From assembly GCA_030704615.1 (NCBI GenBank), contig CM060732.1:16306001-16370000 (forward strand): a stretch of DNA of 64,000 nt. The letters are read 5' to 3'. Below the pieces are notes generated by a model. The model was not told where the DNA came from, ran no database searches, and saw only the letters and a list, made by a program, of their open reading frames with translations. This document shows, piece after piece, positions 13,077 through 25,629 of this stretch (positions are counted from its first letter, which is position 1; each line of letters starts with the position of its first letter). The position numbers and the translations under genes are program-made. The stretch is from Takakia lepidozioides. Taxonomy: Eukaryota; Plantae; Bryophyta.

Positions 13077-14449
13077 GTGAGGCCTTTGACAAAAAGAGAA
13101 CAACTGGAGCTCATTCAAAAGGCAGAAAACGAACATGACAGGACAGAAGGGGATGAGCGAGCATCCACACCAACTGTTCGTGAAGAGACAGCACCAGACA
13201 TCCTGGACGACGTTCAGGTAATGCATTACCTTACGTTTGGCTCTGTCAACGAGTATCTTGACCTAAATGAGAGAAAACGGGTACTGAAGAGGGCAAGAGG
13301 CTATGTATACTGGGAAGGAAAAAATTTATACAAGGGCAAGCACGTACCTGAAAAGAAAGAGAGACTGGGTATCATAGAGGGGATCCACCAAACTTTGGGT
13401 CACTTTGGGGTACACAGAACTCAAGTTGAAGTGTGCAAGCGCTTCTTCTGGCACAATTGCACTCAGGAGATAAAAGACACATTGAAGAAGTGGCTGCCCT
13501 GCCAACAAGGAAAGACACTGGGAAGCCTTAGGTCTAGAGCGAAGAAATTGAGAGACGCGATGGCACCTTACCTGTTCTACAGGACCATATTGAGCATCAC
13601 GAAGTTGCTACCGGAGACAGATAAAGGCAACAAGTATGTGATGATGGCTATTGATCCCAATTCTGAACGGGTGATAGCATCACCGGTGAGTGGAAACTCA
13701 GCAACACTAGCAGGAAGATTCCTAGAAGAGAAAGTAATAGTTCTTTATGGAACTCCAAAGATAGATCAAGGCACTGAGTGGGGCAAATAATTTGAGGAGG
13801 TGTGTGCAAGGTTTGGCATACAACACGATCGATCGGCACCCTACTGGCCACATAGTAATGGCATGGTGGAGCGCATCATCAAATCACTCAAACAAAGCAT
13901 AAGAGTGCTAAGCATACAAGGGAACAATGAGTGGGATCGTGACCTTTACAAGGCACTGTTCGGGTACAGAGTGGGAGTGCAAACATCAACCCGCTTCAGC
14001 CCCTACAAAGTGCTCACAGGCAGGGAACTGCGCATGGACGTGGACAATCGATGGGGCAGAGTCACAGAACTGGTAGACCTGCGCGACAGTGAAGATGGCA
14101 TCAACGCCATGATGAAGGAGAAAGTTGAGCTCTTGGCTCAAATAGGTCCGTCTCATTGCACGAAAATGTTCTCAAGGCGCAGAAGGAACAGCAAGAAGGC
14201 TATGCAGCGCGGAGAACCAGTAACTCCAGCTTGGAATCGTTGGAGCAAGGACAACTCGTCATGATGCTGAAACCAGGGAAACGCAAAGGTATCGAGTCTG
14301 CTTGGGAGGGGACATACACATTCCAGGGGTACAAAGACAAATCACATACTGAAAACATGGAGGGGTCTGATCAAATACGCATGATCGAGGATGCAGCTAA
14401 CAAAAGATGGACGCGATCACGAAGGGACCTCAAGCTGGTGCATCAATGA
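13077..14449 (+). pseudogene. Gypsy-type integrase (H2C2 zinc finger, rve core, GPY/F-like motif)
   Basis: IHQTLGHFG...FFW...PCQ; DQGTEW; HDRSAPYWPHSNGMVER; FSPYKVLTGRE; WEGTYTF; stop at 13788 and a frameshift near 14150. Confidence 0.85.
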
Positions 14450-15345
14450 AGTGAGTGTGCTGACTTGGTGAAAAGAGACTTTCACTCTAAGAAAAAGGGA
14501 GTACTTTACAGCTGTAAGGGGAAAACAAATGCCAATAAAACCCTACGGGTCTATCAAACTAACGATGAACGGACGGAGATAAGGTAGAGTCGGAAGGAAT
14601 GAATGTGGCAAACAGTGATGAATTCGCCAAAGGCATGTGCGGATGAAGAGGATAGGGAGAATGGATGACGTTGGGTATTACTTATGTGCTTCATTACGAC
14701 AACGGATGAACGGATTATGAACAGTCAGCATCAAAGACGGTTCATCGGTGGGGGTAGGAGGCGTGCTTTCACTAAGGAGGGCCAACAAGACTGTGGATGA
14801 ATGAACATTGAGGCTGGATGAAGGTCGAGGAGATGGCGACATGCAGGGCGTTGATGCAATGCAGATCAGCGGCTGAGGGGGCACCGCCCTGAATCGAGGG
14901 TACATGACTAAGCAGATGTTGATAAATACGTTTTGAGCTTAAAGATAATATCAAGACCTCATTAGTTGCCACTTGGCCATGTATTAAACACACATGAGAG
15001 AGGTACACCCAAGGCGGGTAATGTGTTTAGTATTAGAATAATCAGTTGAGCGGTGATCAAAGTGGAGTGGGCTCCAACTAAGGCGCTAACCTACTACATT
15101 TTGGAGGGTACAAGGCAAGTAAGCAGAAAGATAACTAAGCATTCGTAATGATGGGAATCATGACTATCGGAGAGTGAGTGCATATGGTAGACTAAGAACT
15201 GGAGAGAGGAGATGGCCACGAGAGGGTGGTCTGATCACGATGGACGTTGATACCATGAACTTAGGAAGAGATCAGAGGAGAGATTAGTGATGTACTCCAA
15301 TGACGAGACAATACATATGTACATTTTGGGTTCCCCCTTGATCAC

Positions 15346-16072
15346 TGTCGCGGCCCTTTGCCTTGAGGGCAGGGGGTCGGGACGCAGGAGGGGCTGCCCC
15401 TGTGGTGGGGGCAGTGGCAGCGATACGTACGGGGGGCTGAAGCACCCTTGAGTGCCCAAGGCACTCAAGGAGGCGAAGGCGCTCACTAGGTGGAGCCCCG
15501 CACACCGGGTTACGGTGGGGGTGGCTCCACAAGGGGTGGTGGTAGCTTAGCGGGACTTAGTGGGGGTGGCATAGGACTCACCATGGGGCGGAGACCTTGT
15601 GGTGGGAGTCGTGGGGAGTCTTGGGACTCATCACGGTCCAATGGGGCCGTGGTGGATGGGCCAAGACTCACCGCGACTCATCACCAGGAGTCGAGGGTCT
15701 TCGTGGTGGTTCGCCATAAAATGGCAGGGTTGTTTGTGAAACCCCCGCGGACAGTCACAGAAGTATATATAGGGAGTAGTAACCCCCAGAACGGTGCAAG
15801 CCCGTTGGTGACCAAAAAGCTAGTGAGTAAGCGAGCGAGCCGGAAAGCGACCAAGGAGTGGGGAGCTATTCCGGACTGCCATCTACCAAAGGGAATTTCC
15901 ACTAGGCCCAAATTGGTGGAGGGTCTTTTGGAAGAGTAAAGGGGGACCGTTATGTCCCGGTGAGTAGCCGAAGCTCCGAGTTGGTCCGGCGGCCAGGTTG
16001 GGAGTTAGGCGCGCGCATCAAAGCGAGTAACTATGACTTGAAGGGGAGCTTACCGAAGTGAGGTGCGCGACA
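15346..16072 (+). mobile_element. 5' LTR of chromovirus-like Gypsy
   Basis: Perfect inverted termini TGTCGCG...CGCGACA immediately before the PBS; partial copy at 56770-57007. Confidence 0.9.
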
Positions 16073-16074
16073 CT

Positions 16075-16087
16075 TGGTATCAGAGCC
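16075..16087 (+). promoter_or_regulatory. Primer binding site (tRNA-iMet)
   Basis: TGGTATCAGAGCC two bases after the LTR end. Confidence 0.9.
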
Positions 16088-16127
16088 TAGAGTTCAGTAC
16101 GCGATCGTCCTTGGGATTGGCCTCATC

Positions 16128-18965
16128 ATGGGGTCGGGCAAGCCAAAGCGAAAGCGGAACGGCCCGAAAGATGATGATCCTGGTGAGCCCGATGGGGGCG
16201 ACGTGTCACCGAAGCGGCCGTTTGAGGAAGCGATGCATGCTTTTGAAAACGAGGCCGCTCAAGAACGAGAGGAATCTGAGGAGTCGGAGCCCGAGGAATT
16301 CCTGAGAGCTCCGACAAACCAACAGATGCCTCCCATGCCAGCAGCCTTTTGGGAAAGGTTGTTGGCGCAGTTTGGCGGGACGTTGAAAGACGTGTTGAAG
16401 GCGGCTAATGTCACTTCCACTAAGGCAAAGTTTAAGGTGAAGCCTACGGAACCCGACACCTTCGAGGGCGTCCGAAATCGGAAGGCACTCAACACCTGGC
16501 TCTTGGAGCTAGAGCAGTACTTCCGGGCGGCCAAGTTGAGTGACGAGGATCGGGTGGAAGTGGCTCCCACCTATTTGAGGGGCTATGCTCAACAATGGTG
16601 GCAGAAACGCCTTCACGACCGAGGTCCAAACCCGGGAACCTTGAACTGGAGTGGGTTCAAGGAACTTATGAAGAGACAGTTTGTGCCCCTCAACGCGTCC
16701 TGGCTTGCCCGGGACAAGATGAGGAACTTGAAGCAAACGGATGACATTCGGGGATATGTTCAGGCTTTCAATGTGCTGTTGCTCGAAGTCGCGGACATGG
16801 CAGAACCAGAAATGGTCTTCAACTTTGTGGCGGGACTGGCCCCATGGGCTAGGCGGAAGTTGGAGAAGAAGCCACCTAAGACTTTGAACGAGGCAATTGA
16901 GAGGGCTGAATGTTTCTCGGATGTCCCTAGGGGCGAAAGACAAGGCCGTACGGAGCTGAACCACAAGAAGGCCCGGCCCGGCGGGAGGGTGACTCTTTCC
17001 GACCGGAAAAGAAGTGGGATAGGCCACGTGGCGACAATGGCACGTGGAAATCAAAGGGAGGGCCTTCACACGTCAAGGCGGCACCCGGTGCCCCGAAAGG
17101 AAAAGCAGGTGCGGCGGCTTATGGCGGATAGAAGGCGATCTTCGATGGAGTGTGCTTCAATTGCGGGGAGCCCGGGCACTTGGCCAAGAAGTGCACGAAA
17201 CCCCAACAATTGAACATGACTTGGGCGGCCACGGAGCTGTCCGAAGATTCAATCAGCCGTTTGGTGGAGGCGGTGGTCGCCAAGACTTGCAAGGTAGGCA
17301 ACCACTCTTATGAGTTGTATCAGGAAACTGGCGCCTTGCGTAAAGGAAGTCAATTAATGTTCGTGGATGGGATAATTTTCGGAACTAACGTGTCGTTGTT
17401 GGTGGACATAGGAGCGTCGCACTCCTTCATGACATCGGCAATGATACGAAAGTTGGGGCTCCCGACAAGTGACGTGGGGGCCTCTATTGAGGTGCGCTCT
17501 GCCAAAGGAGAACCACAATTGGCGACGAGGTTGGCGTTCGATGTTCCTCTTCAACTGGGGAGTTAGGAGGGACGTGAGAACTTCACCATTTGCGAGATCG
17601 ATGGAGTGGATCTCATTTTGGGGATGACCTTTTTGAGCAAATCCGGAGCGGTCATAGATGGCCGCAAGAAAGTAATCACGCTGCCGTGTGGGAATGGTGG
17701 CGAAGTTTTACAAGTGTCGGAAACGCCCAAACCCATGGGAGGGCGAATAAACCTTCTGTCAGCAAGGGAGTGGGCCGTGGAAGAGCCACACGAACCCCAG
17801 TTTTTTATTTACGTAAGACAAGTGAAGGGAGAAGGCGATAGGAAGCCGAGCCCAGATTGGATCAAGGGGATCTTGGAGAAATACCAGGATGTGATGCCGG
17901 AGGATTTTCCAAGCGGCTTGCCACCGCGAAGGGGAGTTGACCACAAGATTGAGGTGATACCAGGATCGGAGCCGCCTGCCAAGGCGCCCTACCGGTTGAG
18001 CCACAGAGAGTTGGTCGAGCTGAAGATTCAGCTCAAGGATCTAATGTCAAAGGGGTACATCCGGCCGAGTAAGTCAACTTACGGAGCCCCGGTGCTATTC
18101 GTAGACAAGAACAATGGGACGCTGCGGATGTGTGTCGATTATCGGGCTCTGAATAAGGTGACTATCAAAAACCGGTACCATTTGCCAAGGATCGACGACC
18201 TTTTCGATTGGTTGGCAGGAGCGAAGTATTTCAGCCGGATCGATTTGCGCTCCGGCTACCATCAAATCCGAGTGGCGGAAGGAGATGAGGAGAAAACCGC
18301 GTGCATGACAAGATATGGTTCGTATGAGTTCTTGGTGATGCCTTTTGGACTCACCAATGCACCCGCGACCTTTAGCACGCTAATGAACAGCCTTTTTCAA
18401 GAGTGGTTGGATGACTTTGTGATCGTGTATATCGACGACATCTTGGTGTACTCGAAAACAAAGGAAGAGCACCTGGAGCACCTCAAAAGGGTGTTCCAGA
18501 AATTGCGGGAATGGAAGCTGTATGCCATAGCTTCAAGGTGCAAATTCGAGGTCACAAAAGTGGAGTTCATGGGGCATGTGATTACACAGGATGCGATCAA
18601 AATGGATGACAGAAAGGTGAGGGTGATCTTGGACTGGGAGCCTCCGACTTCGGTCCCGGGAGTGCGATCCTTCCTAGGACTCGCCTCCTATTACCGGAAG
18701 TATGCGAGAAATTTTGCCAAGATTGCGGGGCTACTGTTGGACCTTCTGTGTAAATCCAAGGTATGGGTATGGAACACATTTTGTGGCCAAGCTTTTTGCC
18801 GAGTTGAAGCAGCGGATGGTGGAAGCTCCAGTCTTGAAAATCCCATAGTTCGACCGTCCATTTGAGATTCATACGGATGCGTCGGACTTCGCGATTGGAG
18901 ATGTACTCATGCAGGATGGACGTCCAGTGGCTTACAAAAGTAAGAAACTGAATGAAGTGGAGCGA
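16128..18965 (+). pseudogene. gag-pol of chromovirus-like Gypsy (gag, CCHC knuckle, protease, RT, start of RNase H), 3' truncated
   Basis: PDTFEG..WLLELEQYF gag; CFNCGEPGHLAKKC; LVDIGASH (degenerate protease site); [27 protein letters not shown]; frameshifts and stops; similarity ends near 18965. Confidence 0.9.
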
Positions 18966-19346
18966 CCAAAGGAAAAACATGTCATATCCACAACTCAACC
19001 AAAATGGATGACTATACAGAAACTCACCGTGTATAAGTAGTCGAGAAACACCTCCCTTGTCAGGTTGTACCACGTCTCTGACTTCTTGATCGTTGGGCAC
19101 TTCTTCAGTGTGACATCGGACAAGACACTGGCAAACGTTTCCAAAGGCATCGCTCCTATGCTTTGCATACGAAACAAGGTATGCACTACGTTGGTGGTGA
19201 CATGGGATGTCTCCGTGCCCCTGCAATGCAAACACATCAGTTGACAAAGCTTGAAAATTGACATAACAATGAAATGGAAGGGAATAAGTGGGAAAGACTC
19301 TTACTTGTTAATATCGTGCATTGCAGTTAGAAGCTGGGTAAACTTC

Positions 19347-20263
19347 TGTCGAGCAGCTTTTACTCACCCATCCCTTAGCTATCCGAGGTAGAAACTCCAA
19401 GATAGAAGAGTTGGAAATCTCTAAGTACTCAGTCCGCTCAGAACAATCAGTCGTGACCTACAACTAGTGTATCATGGGGGTGCTTCCTATTTGTATTCCT
19501 TCTCGCATTCATGTTAGCAAGTTACCTTACTGCCTATGATTAAGTATCAGATTGCTTCTGCAATCTACCATGTTCCATCTACTCAAGCATTCATAAATAG
19601 GATTCATATTAATATCTATCATGTATCAGGCCGAAGCCATGGTGTCTCTAATGTGCTCTATAGTGCATCTCTACAGCTTGCATGTATCAAGCATCATCTC
19701 GTCGTATCTCCTCCTCTGTGTAAACTCCATCCCTGTGCTCCAAGATCGTGTTGTCCGCCGTGATGCCAGAAACATCTCCAAGCCGTGATCTCCCCAGTGA
19801 CGTCCAAGAAGTGATCCTCTCCCTGTCGCTGCTCTGCCTATTCTACTTGCAAGCTGTTCTAACCGCTTAACTAACTAACTGCCATCCAAGACAGAATGCA
19901 CGTTCCCTCTGCAAATGTCGTTCCCACACAGTCGTTCCCTGCCAATGATAACCGTCCCCTGTGAACGCTGTGACGGGTTGTGTTAAGCTGTGTCGGGCTG
20001 TGACTGTGCCGGGCTGTGACTTGCCGTGTCAGACTGTGACTGGCTGTATGAAGTTGTGTCGGGCTGTGACTGGCTGTGATAGACTGTGATAGACTGTGTC
20101 GGGCTATGATCGGCAAGGTAAGCCTGTGACTGACTGTGTGAGCCTGTGTCCGTCACCCCTAAGGTCTGTGTCCGTCTGAGTCTACCACCCGTAAGTCTGC
20201 GCAAAATTAAGGGTACCCCACAGAACCCGTAAAACTGTCTAAGTCCCAGACAACCCTCTAACA
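19347..20263 (-). mobile_element. 3' LTR (minus strand) of family X, with PPT
   Basis: Same termini as 9387-10352; 20264-20280 reads GAGAAGGGGAGGGATAA on the minus strand directly before the LTR's TG. Confidence 0.85.
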
Positions 20264-20662
20264 TTATCCCTCCCCTTCTCAAAAAATCGTGTCCTCACGG
20301 TTTACTGCTTAGGATCAGCAAACCTTTGTGAACGAGCACCCTTCTGCCGGTGAGAGTCCCTCGGAGGGCTCTATGTGTGAGCCCGAGCCATGTCGCTGGC
20401 TGGTGGGGATGACTGTCGACTAGATGGATCTGACTGCCCTACCTTAGGCTGATATGGAGGTAACTTTTCAGGCATAGGAGATCCCCGTCGTTTCTTTTCC
20501 GCCATTTGTATCGCATAATCCACAGCCATGTCAAAATTCCCGTCCACAGAACCAGTAGTATCCGAATCATCTTCCCCCCGTTGGCCGTACTATTTCTTGA
20601 CCTTCGGTGGCTTCTCAGGAATCCTGACTAGCATACAGTGTATGCCCACCATGTCTGGAAGC

Positions 20663-23600
20663 TTATATTGTAAAAACTTGTGTCAACTTCTTTCGGGCAA
20701 GATTAGTATATGCCCGTAGCTCATCATCTGTATAGCCGAGTGGTGTGCCAATGACTTTGGAGAAGTGTAGCCACTTCCTGGCTTTATGCCCCTTGGGAAA
20801 AATGTGGTCAAGACCCAAGTTCTCCTTGGCCAAGTTCTCCAGAGCAAAAGTAAACCAAGAACGGAGTTGGGGATTCTTCTGAAGCATGATCCTTACATCA
20901 TACAAATATGTGTGTGGTGGAATTGGAGGTAACGTCCAATGCTCCCCACTGGAATAAGTCTGAAACCTCGTCTGCATCTTCTCCTACTCAATGTGGTAGC
21001 GTGAAATAAAACAAGCAGCATAACACAGCCCACAACCCATGACCATGGTGTAGATGAATCCATGAACAATCTAGAAGGCAATTAATTCCTTTAGCATGGT
21101 TCCTGCCTCAGACCAGTACCGTGCAAAATGGTGATCTTCAATGGGTTGGTTAGTTGGGAGAACTTTAGTCCGAGTTGCCACTGGCAACCAAATACGCATA
21201 ATCTGGTAATAGTGTGCCAAAGACTCTGGAGGACTGAATTCTTTCCAAGCCAAATCCATAACAATGGGAATTTGGTTGAAGGGTAGAATCATAGCCCGAT
21301 TGTATTCAAGTGCAGTAGGAGTAGTAGGTGGGTTAAAAGAAGCATCACCCCAAACCTCAGACAGTGATTGCTGCAGTGTCATGGTATCAACACTGTCGAC
21401 CTGGTGTGGCTGCTGTGATGTTGTTGCCACAGTCCCTCCTGATGTTGGCAAGTCATGCACTTCCTGTGTTGAAGATTGGAAAATCAAAGTCCTTGCCTGC
21501 AAATAAGTAGCCATGAGTTGTTCCTAAACAAAGGCATTTTTCTCAATGTTGAAGCTCAAGTCATCTACTTGAGTCTAAAGCCCTTCCACATCCTCCTGCA
21601 ACTCAGCTATCCGACTATAGACATTGTCTATAATGGTTGTGGCAACGTTCTGCACCCGTAACCTGAAATCATTCATCTCGTCTTGGGTGAGCTTCCTTGG
21701 TGTTTTCCCCTCCACTGGCCCTTGTGTTAACCATTCTTGCAAAAGATGATTATCCACCAAGTCCTGTGTAACACCACGGAGATCGTACTCCTTCTTGAGC
21801 CTGTATGTTTCCAACTGTTGTTGTAAAGTCTCCATGTGCTTCGCATGAGCCCAGCCAGAGCTGCATACGCAGCTGACACATTATTGGCTTCTTTCCAGGC
21901 CCTTTCACTCACAGAAAGTTCATTCTCCCGTACTGTGATTGTTTGATGCAACTCAAAGATGTACCTGTCTTTCTGGGCATCGACCTGGTGCAACTGCTGA
22001 ATGGTGTCATCATTGCGACAGAGAGTATCCTTCACGTCAGCAATGAGTTTCCTCTATTCCATTACCTCTGTCTCCGCCGTTATACACCGCTCAGCTTGCT
22101 TTTTGACCTCCATTGCAGCCATCTCCAGATTAGTCGTTAGTGTGGCACACTGTATGAGAACTCTCTGATTGACTGTTTCCAATTCCGTATGAAGCAACTT
22201 TACTTCATGCAACTTGCCTTCCTGCTAAACTTGCATCTGGTATAACTGTTGCTTATGCATTTCATGTAATTTCTCCTGCTCAAGACCCGTCCGAATTAAG
22301 TTCTCATTCGCAAGTTGTAGGGCAGCTTTAGTGTCCTCCAACTCGTTCTGCAACTTGAGGTTGGCTTCCACATCCACCTTGTTTGCACACTCAGTGACAA
22401 TTCTTGCCTCAAGCTCTTGCTTGAGCTCCTCCCGCAATGCTGCCAACTGAGTGGAAGGAACATGAGTCTTGAAATAGGTGCCCAACAGGTTGAGAGTCGT
22501 GCTTATGGAACTCATAACCATGGTCTGCTGTGGGTTTTCATGGAAACCTATTGTTGTTCTTCCTAATTCTCCACAGTTTGATGTTTCACAAACCAATCAG
22601 GCCATGATCCCACAAGATCTTGTTCCTGAGCATCCTCATCTTCCACAGGTGTTGCAGTATCCTCGCCATTTATCCTTCAACCTCTATCACAGTTTTGGGC
22701 ATAACCTGCACATCAGGGATTTCCTTGGGCTGACTCTGTACCTTTGGTACCATGGGGTCTCCGTCCATACCAGAGTTTTCATAGAGAAGATCGCCCAACT
22801 CAATTTTTGCCACTACATGCTCTGTAGTGGGGATGTCCAATCCCTCCCTCTCCATAGTAAGAGGCTCTGGTGTAACAGCAAGTCCAGCTTGAGTTACCAC
22901 TGGGGCAACTTGCTCAACTTGTTGTGCTGGCCATGGTACTAAAGTGACTTATGTCTCCCTCTCTAATGGCCGTGCTTCCAGTAATAACAACTCATTGTGC
23001 TGCTGCACCCCATCCTGCGCAGGAGCTATGGAAACATCATCGTGTGGATTCCTTGTGGCAAGTGGATCCGCCATTACAGTTGCTTCCCTCCTCTGTCTCT
23101 TGGAGTGGTGCTGCCTCTCTAATCCTCTTTCACCTTGTGAAGAGCCTTGCCCCTCAACTGTAGTTGTGGCTGCCTCAAACACCCCCATTACCTTGCGTTC
23201 TTGCGCATCAAACAAGCAAGAATCAAAGATAATATGTGCAATAATTGGGCCAGACACAATGATTGGGGACTTGGCAGCAGTAGTCTGTAATCGTTTCATC
23301 TCCTCCACCACACCACTGTGCATCATCTCTGCCCAAGCTACATCCTCTCCTCTCAAGGCTTTCAAAACCTCATCCGTAAAAGATCTGCTAAGATATTGTT
23401 GGTTCTGTTTCATGGCAAACATAATGTTTAGTACCTGGCCAATTTCCCTCAACCCTGGATACTCGGCTTTGGTGCAAGTGAATCCCTGGTTCCTGAAAAA
23501 ACTCGTTTTTTGGAAAAGATCCCCTACTTGCAATCTTGCCCTGTGCTCGTCCACGCTCACATTACCAGATGGTAATTCAAAAAGCTGTTGCAAGTACTGC

Positions 23601-24592
23601 GGAGTAACTTGTATATCTACGCCCTTCACCTGGATAACTCCCGTCCGTGGCTCAAAGTTCTTGATGAAATGGATCATCAAATCCCGATGATGCAAAGACC
23701 ACTCTTTGCGCAACAACCCCTCCAACCGCAGCTCCTTCAGCAGCTGCACTGCCTGTGGTGTGGCGATTGTTTGCCTCTGTAAGATCGTCGTGCTCTTCAC
23801 TAGTAGATCCTCCATTTCTCTAATTCACTTCATCCCGGACAAACAAGAAGGCCTTGTTTGGAATAACTGCAGGAAAGCTTGTAATGCGTATAGCATGAAA
23901 GTGTGATTAGCACAGAATGAAATAGGCAAGTGGGTGTAAGCCTGCGGGGCTTGCAAATAGTGAATGAGAGAAAAAATACTTTTGACCTGTCCTTCCTTGC
24001 GCCACTGCATAAGAAGTAGAGCTAGTGTATAGTCCGTGATATCCGCCATAGCTACAAAGCTATAGCTTTGGTTGCCCCTCCTGTCGAGACACTGGTTATT
24101 TGGAATAACACCTATTCTTCCACTCATAATTTTCTTAGTTTCTTGTTTTTGTTTCTTGAATGGAGTCTCTTGCACAAAATTCACGTTGCTGATTGGCCGT
24201 TGCCTCATTAGGTAACTTCTCATTTTTACCCTAATCTGTTCACATTCCATCTTGGAATGATCACTAGGACTGCATATGTGGCAAAGGTTCCCCTTTGTCG
24301 GACGCGTAAAGTGTTCCATTACCTGTCCTCTTGATGCATTAATGGGCTCATAATAAGTTTTGGCTGATGTACCGGGTAGGTACTTTGACGGCCCTGTTTG
24401 TCTTTTTGTGTGATGACGCTCGTTATTGCAGTATATGCAATGCGGAGTGCTTTGCCCCTTAGGCCACGTGTTTGATTTCAAACACTCTCCCGTCTCCTTC
24501 TGTCCGCGTGGCACATTCTCCGAGTTTGACTTCCAAACTGTCTTTATATTTACCGGCCACTTTACTGACGTTAACCCGTGTCCACCTGTCAC
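20663..24592 (-). pseudogene. Long degenerate accessory ORF of family X (zinc-knuckle-like, plant-transposon-protein-like, coiled coil)
   Basis: ORFs starting at 24592, 23815, 22900, 21835, 21514 and 20977 share one frame; CIYC..H and CHIC..H..C motifs; LMIHFIKNF...VKGVDIQVT...LFELP; heptad-rich at 21575-22450; no RT or integrase seen. Confidence 0.55.
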
Positions 24593-25629
24593 TGCCCTTA
24601 TGGACTGTGCAACCTGTGTGGGTTGTGTCGCATGTGTTGGGCTGTGGCAGACTGTGGTAGGCTGTGATATGTTGTAATAGACTGTGGTGGGCTGTGATGG
24701 CTATGTGAACACCTGTGTTCTCTGCTATGGCCATACACATTCGGCTTTATGACAAGTGCTTCATGCTCCGCTGGTGCGAGGTTTACTATTTCATGAGCAG
24801 AAACCATGAGCCATGAGCCATGAGCCGCATGAGCCGCATGAGCCGCATGAGCGGTGAGCCGAAGTCTAAGACACGCGGATTTCATGAGCGGACTCCTCCA
24901 AATTTGGAAATGCGGCAAATTAAACAAGTATTATAATAATAATTTTTTATTTGACCTTGCCATTTTTGGAAGTTCCACATCTTGTAATGCAGCGAAGATA
25001 TGTCGTCAGTAACAAGTCCGCTCATGGTTTTTTAGATCCGCTCATGGAAATGATTGACCGTGCAACGAGAAATCCAGTATACCACGGCAAAATGACGTCG
25101 CATACTGGCCTGTATAGAGTATTCCGCGGTTTTACATGCCTTAACATTGGAATGAAGCTGACCCTTCTGCCGCGATTGAACCAATAGAGTCTGTACCAAT
25201 AGAGTCTGCACCAATAGAGTCTGCAGTACTTCACAATTTTGTCATTTTCAGGTATTCGGCGGGAAATATTTGCGACTCAACTTATGCGGTGCCGCATTAG
25301 GGCTCGCACGTGCGAAATTTCTAGGGAGTTTGGTGTTGGCGACGGTCGGCTCCCTTAAGGCTGGGTGCGACTATCTTGCTATGACGAAGGCCGCATCTAC
25401 CAGTACCTACGACGTTACTTGGAAATGCGGCGCCGCATTTCCTTGCCGGGGGTCGAATGAGGAAATCAAAGTTTGGGAGAGTAGAAAAATAGGAACCCTC
25501 CAACAAACAAAAATACAAGCACGTAGAAACATGTGGCCAGACTCAGAGGTACTTGTAGCAGTACAGTTCTACTACAACTGAAACTCCGAAAAGGATGGGC
25601 GTACCATGGTTGGGGACCGCAAGCCAAGC

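Noticed and set aside
9387-20263. The two direct-repeat LTRs as the ends of one 10.9-kb element
   Set aside because: The PBS lies left of the first LTR and the PPT right of the second (both minus strand), so both face outward and belong to two separate copies; no TSD, and the interior has its own unrelated LTR
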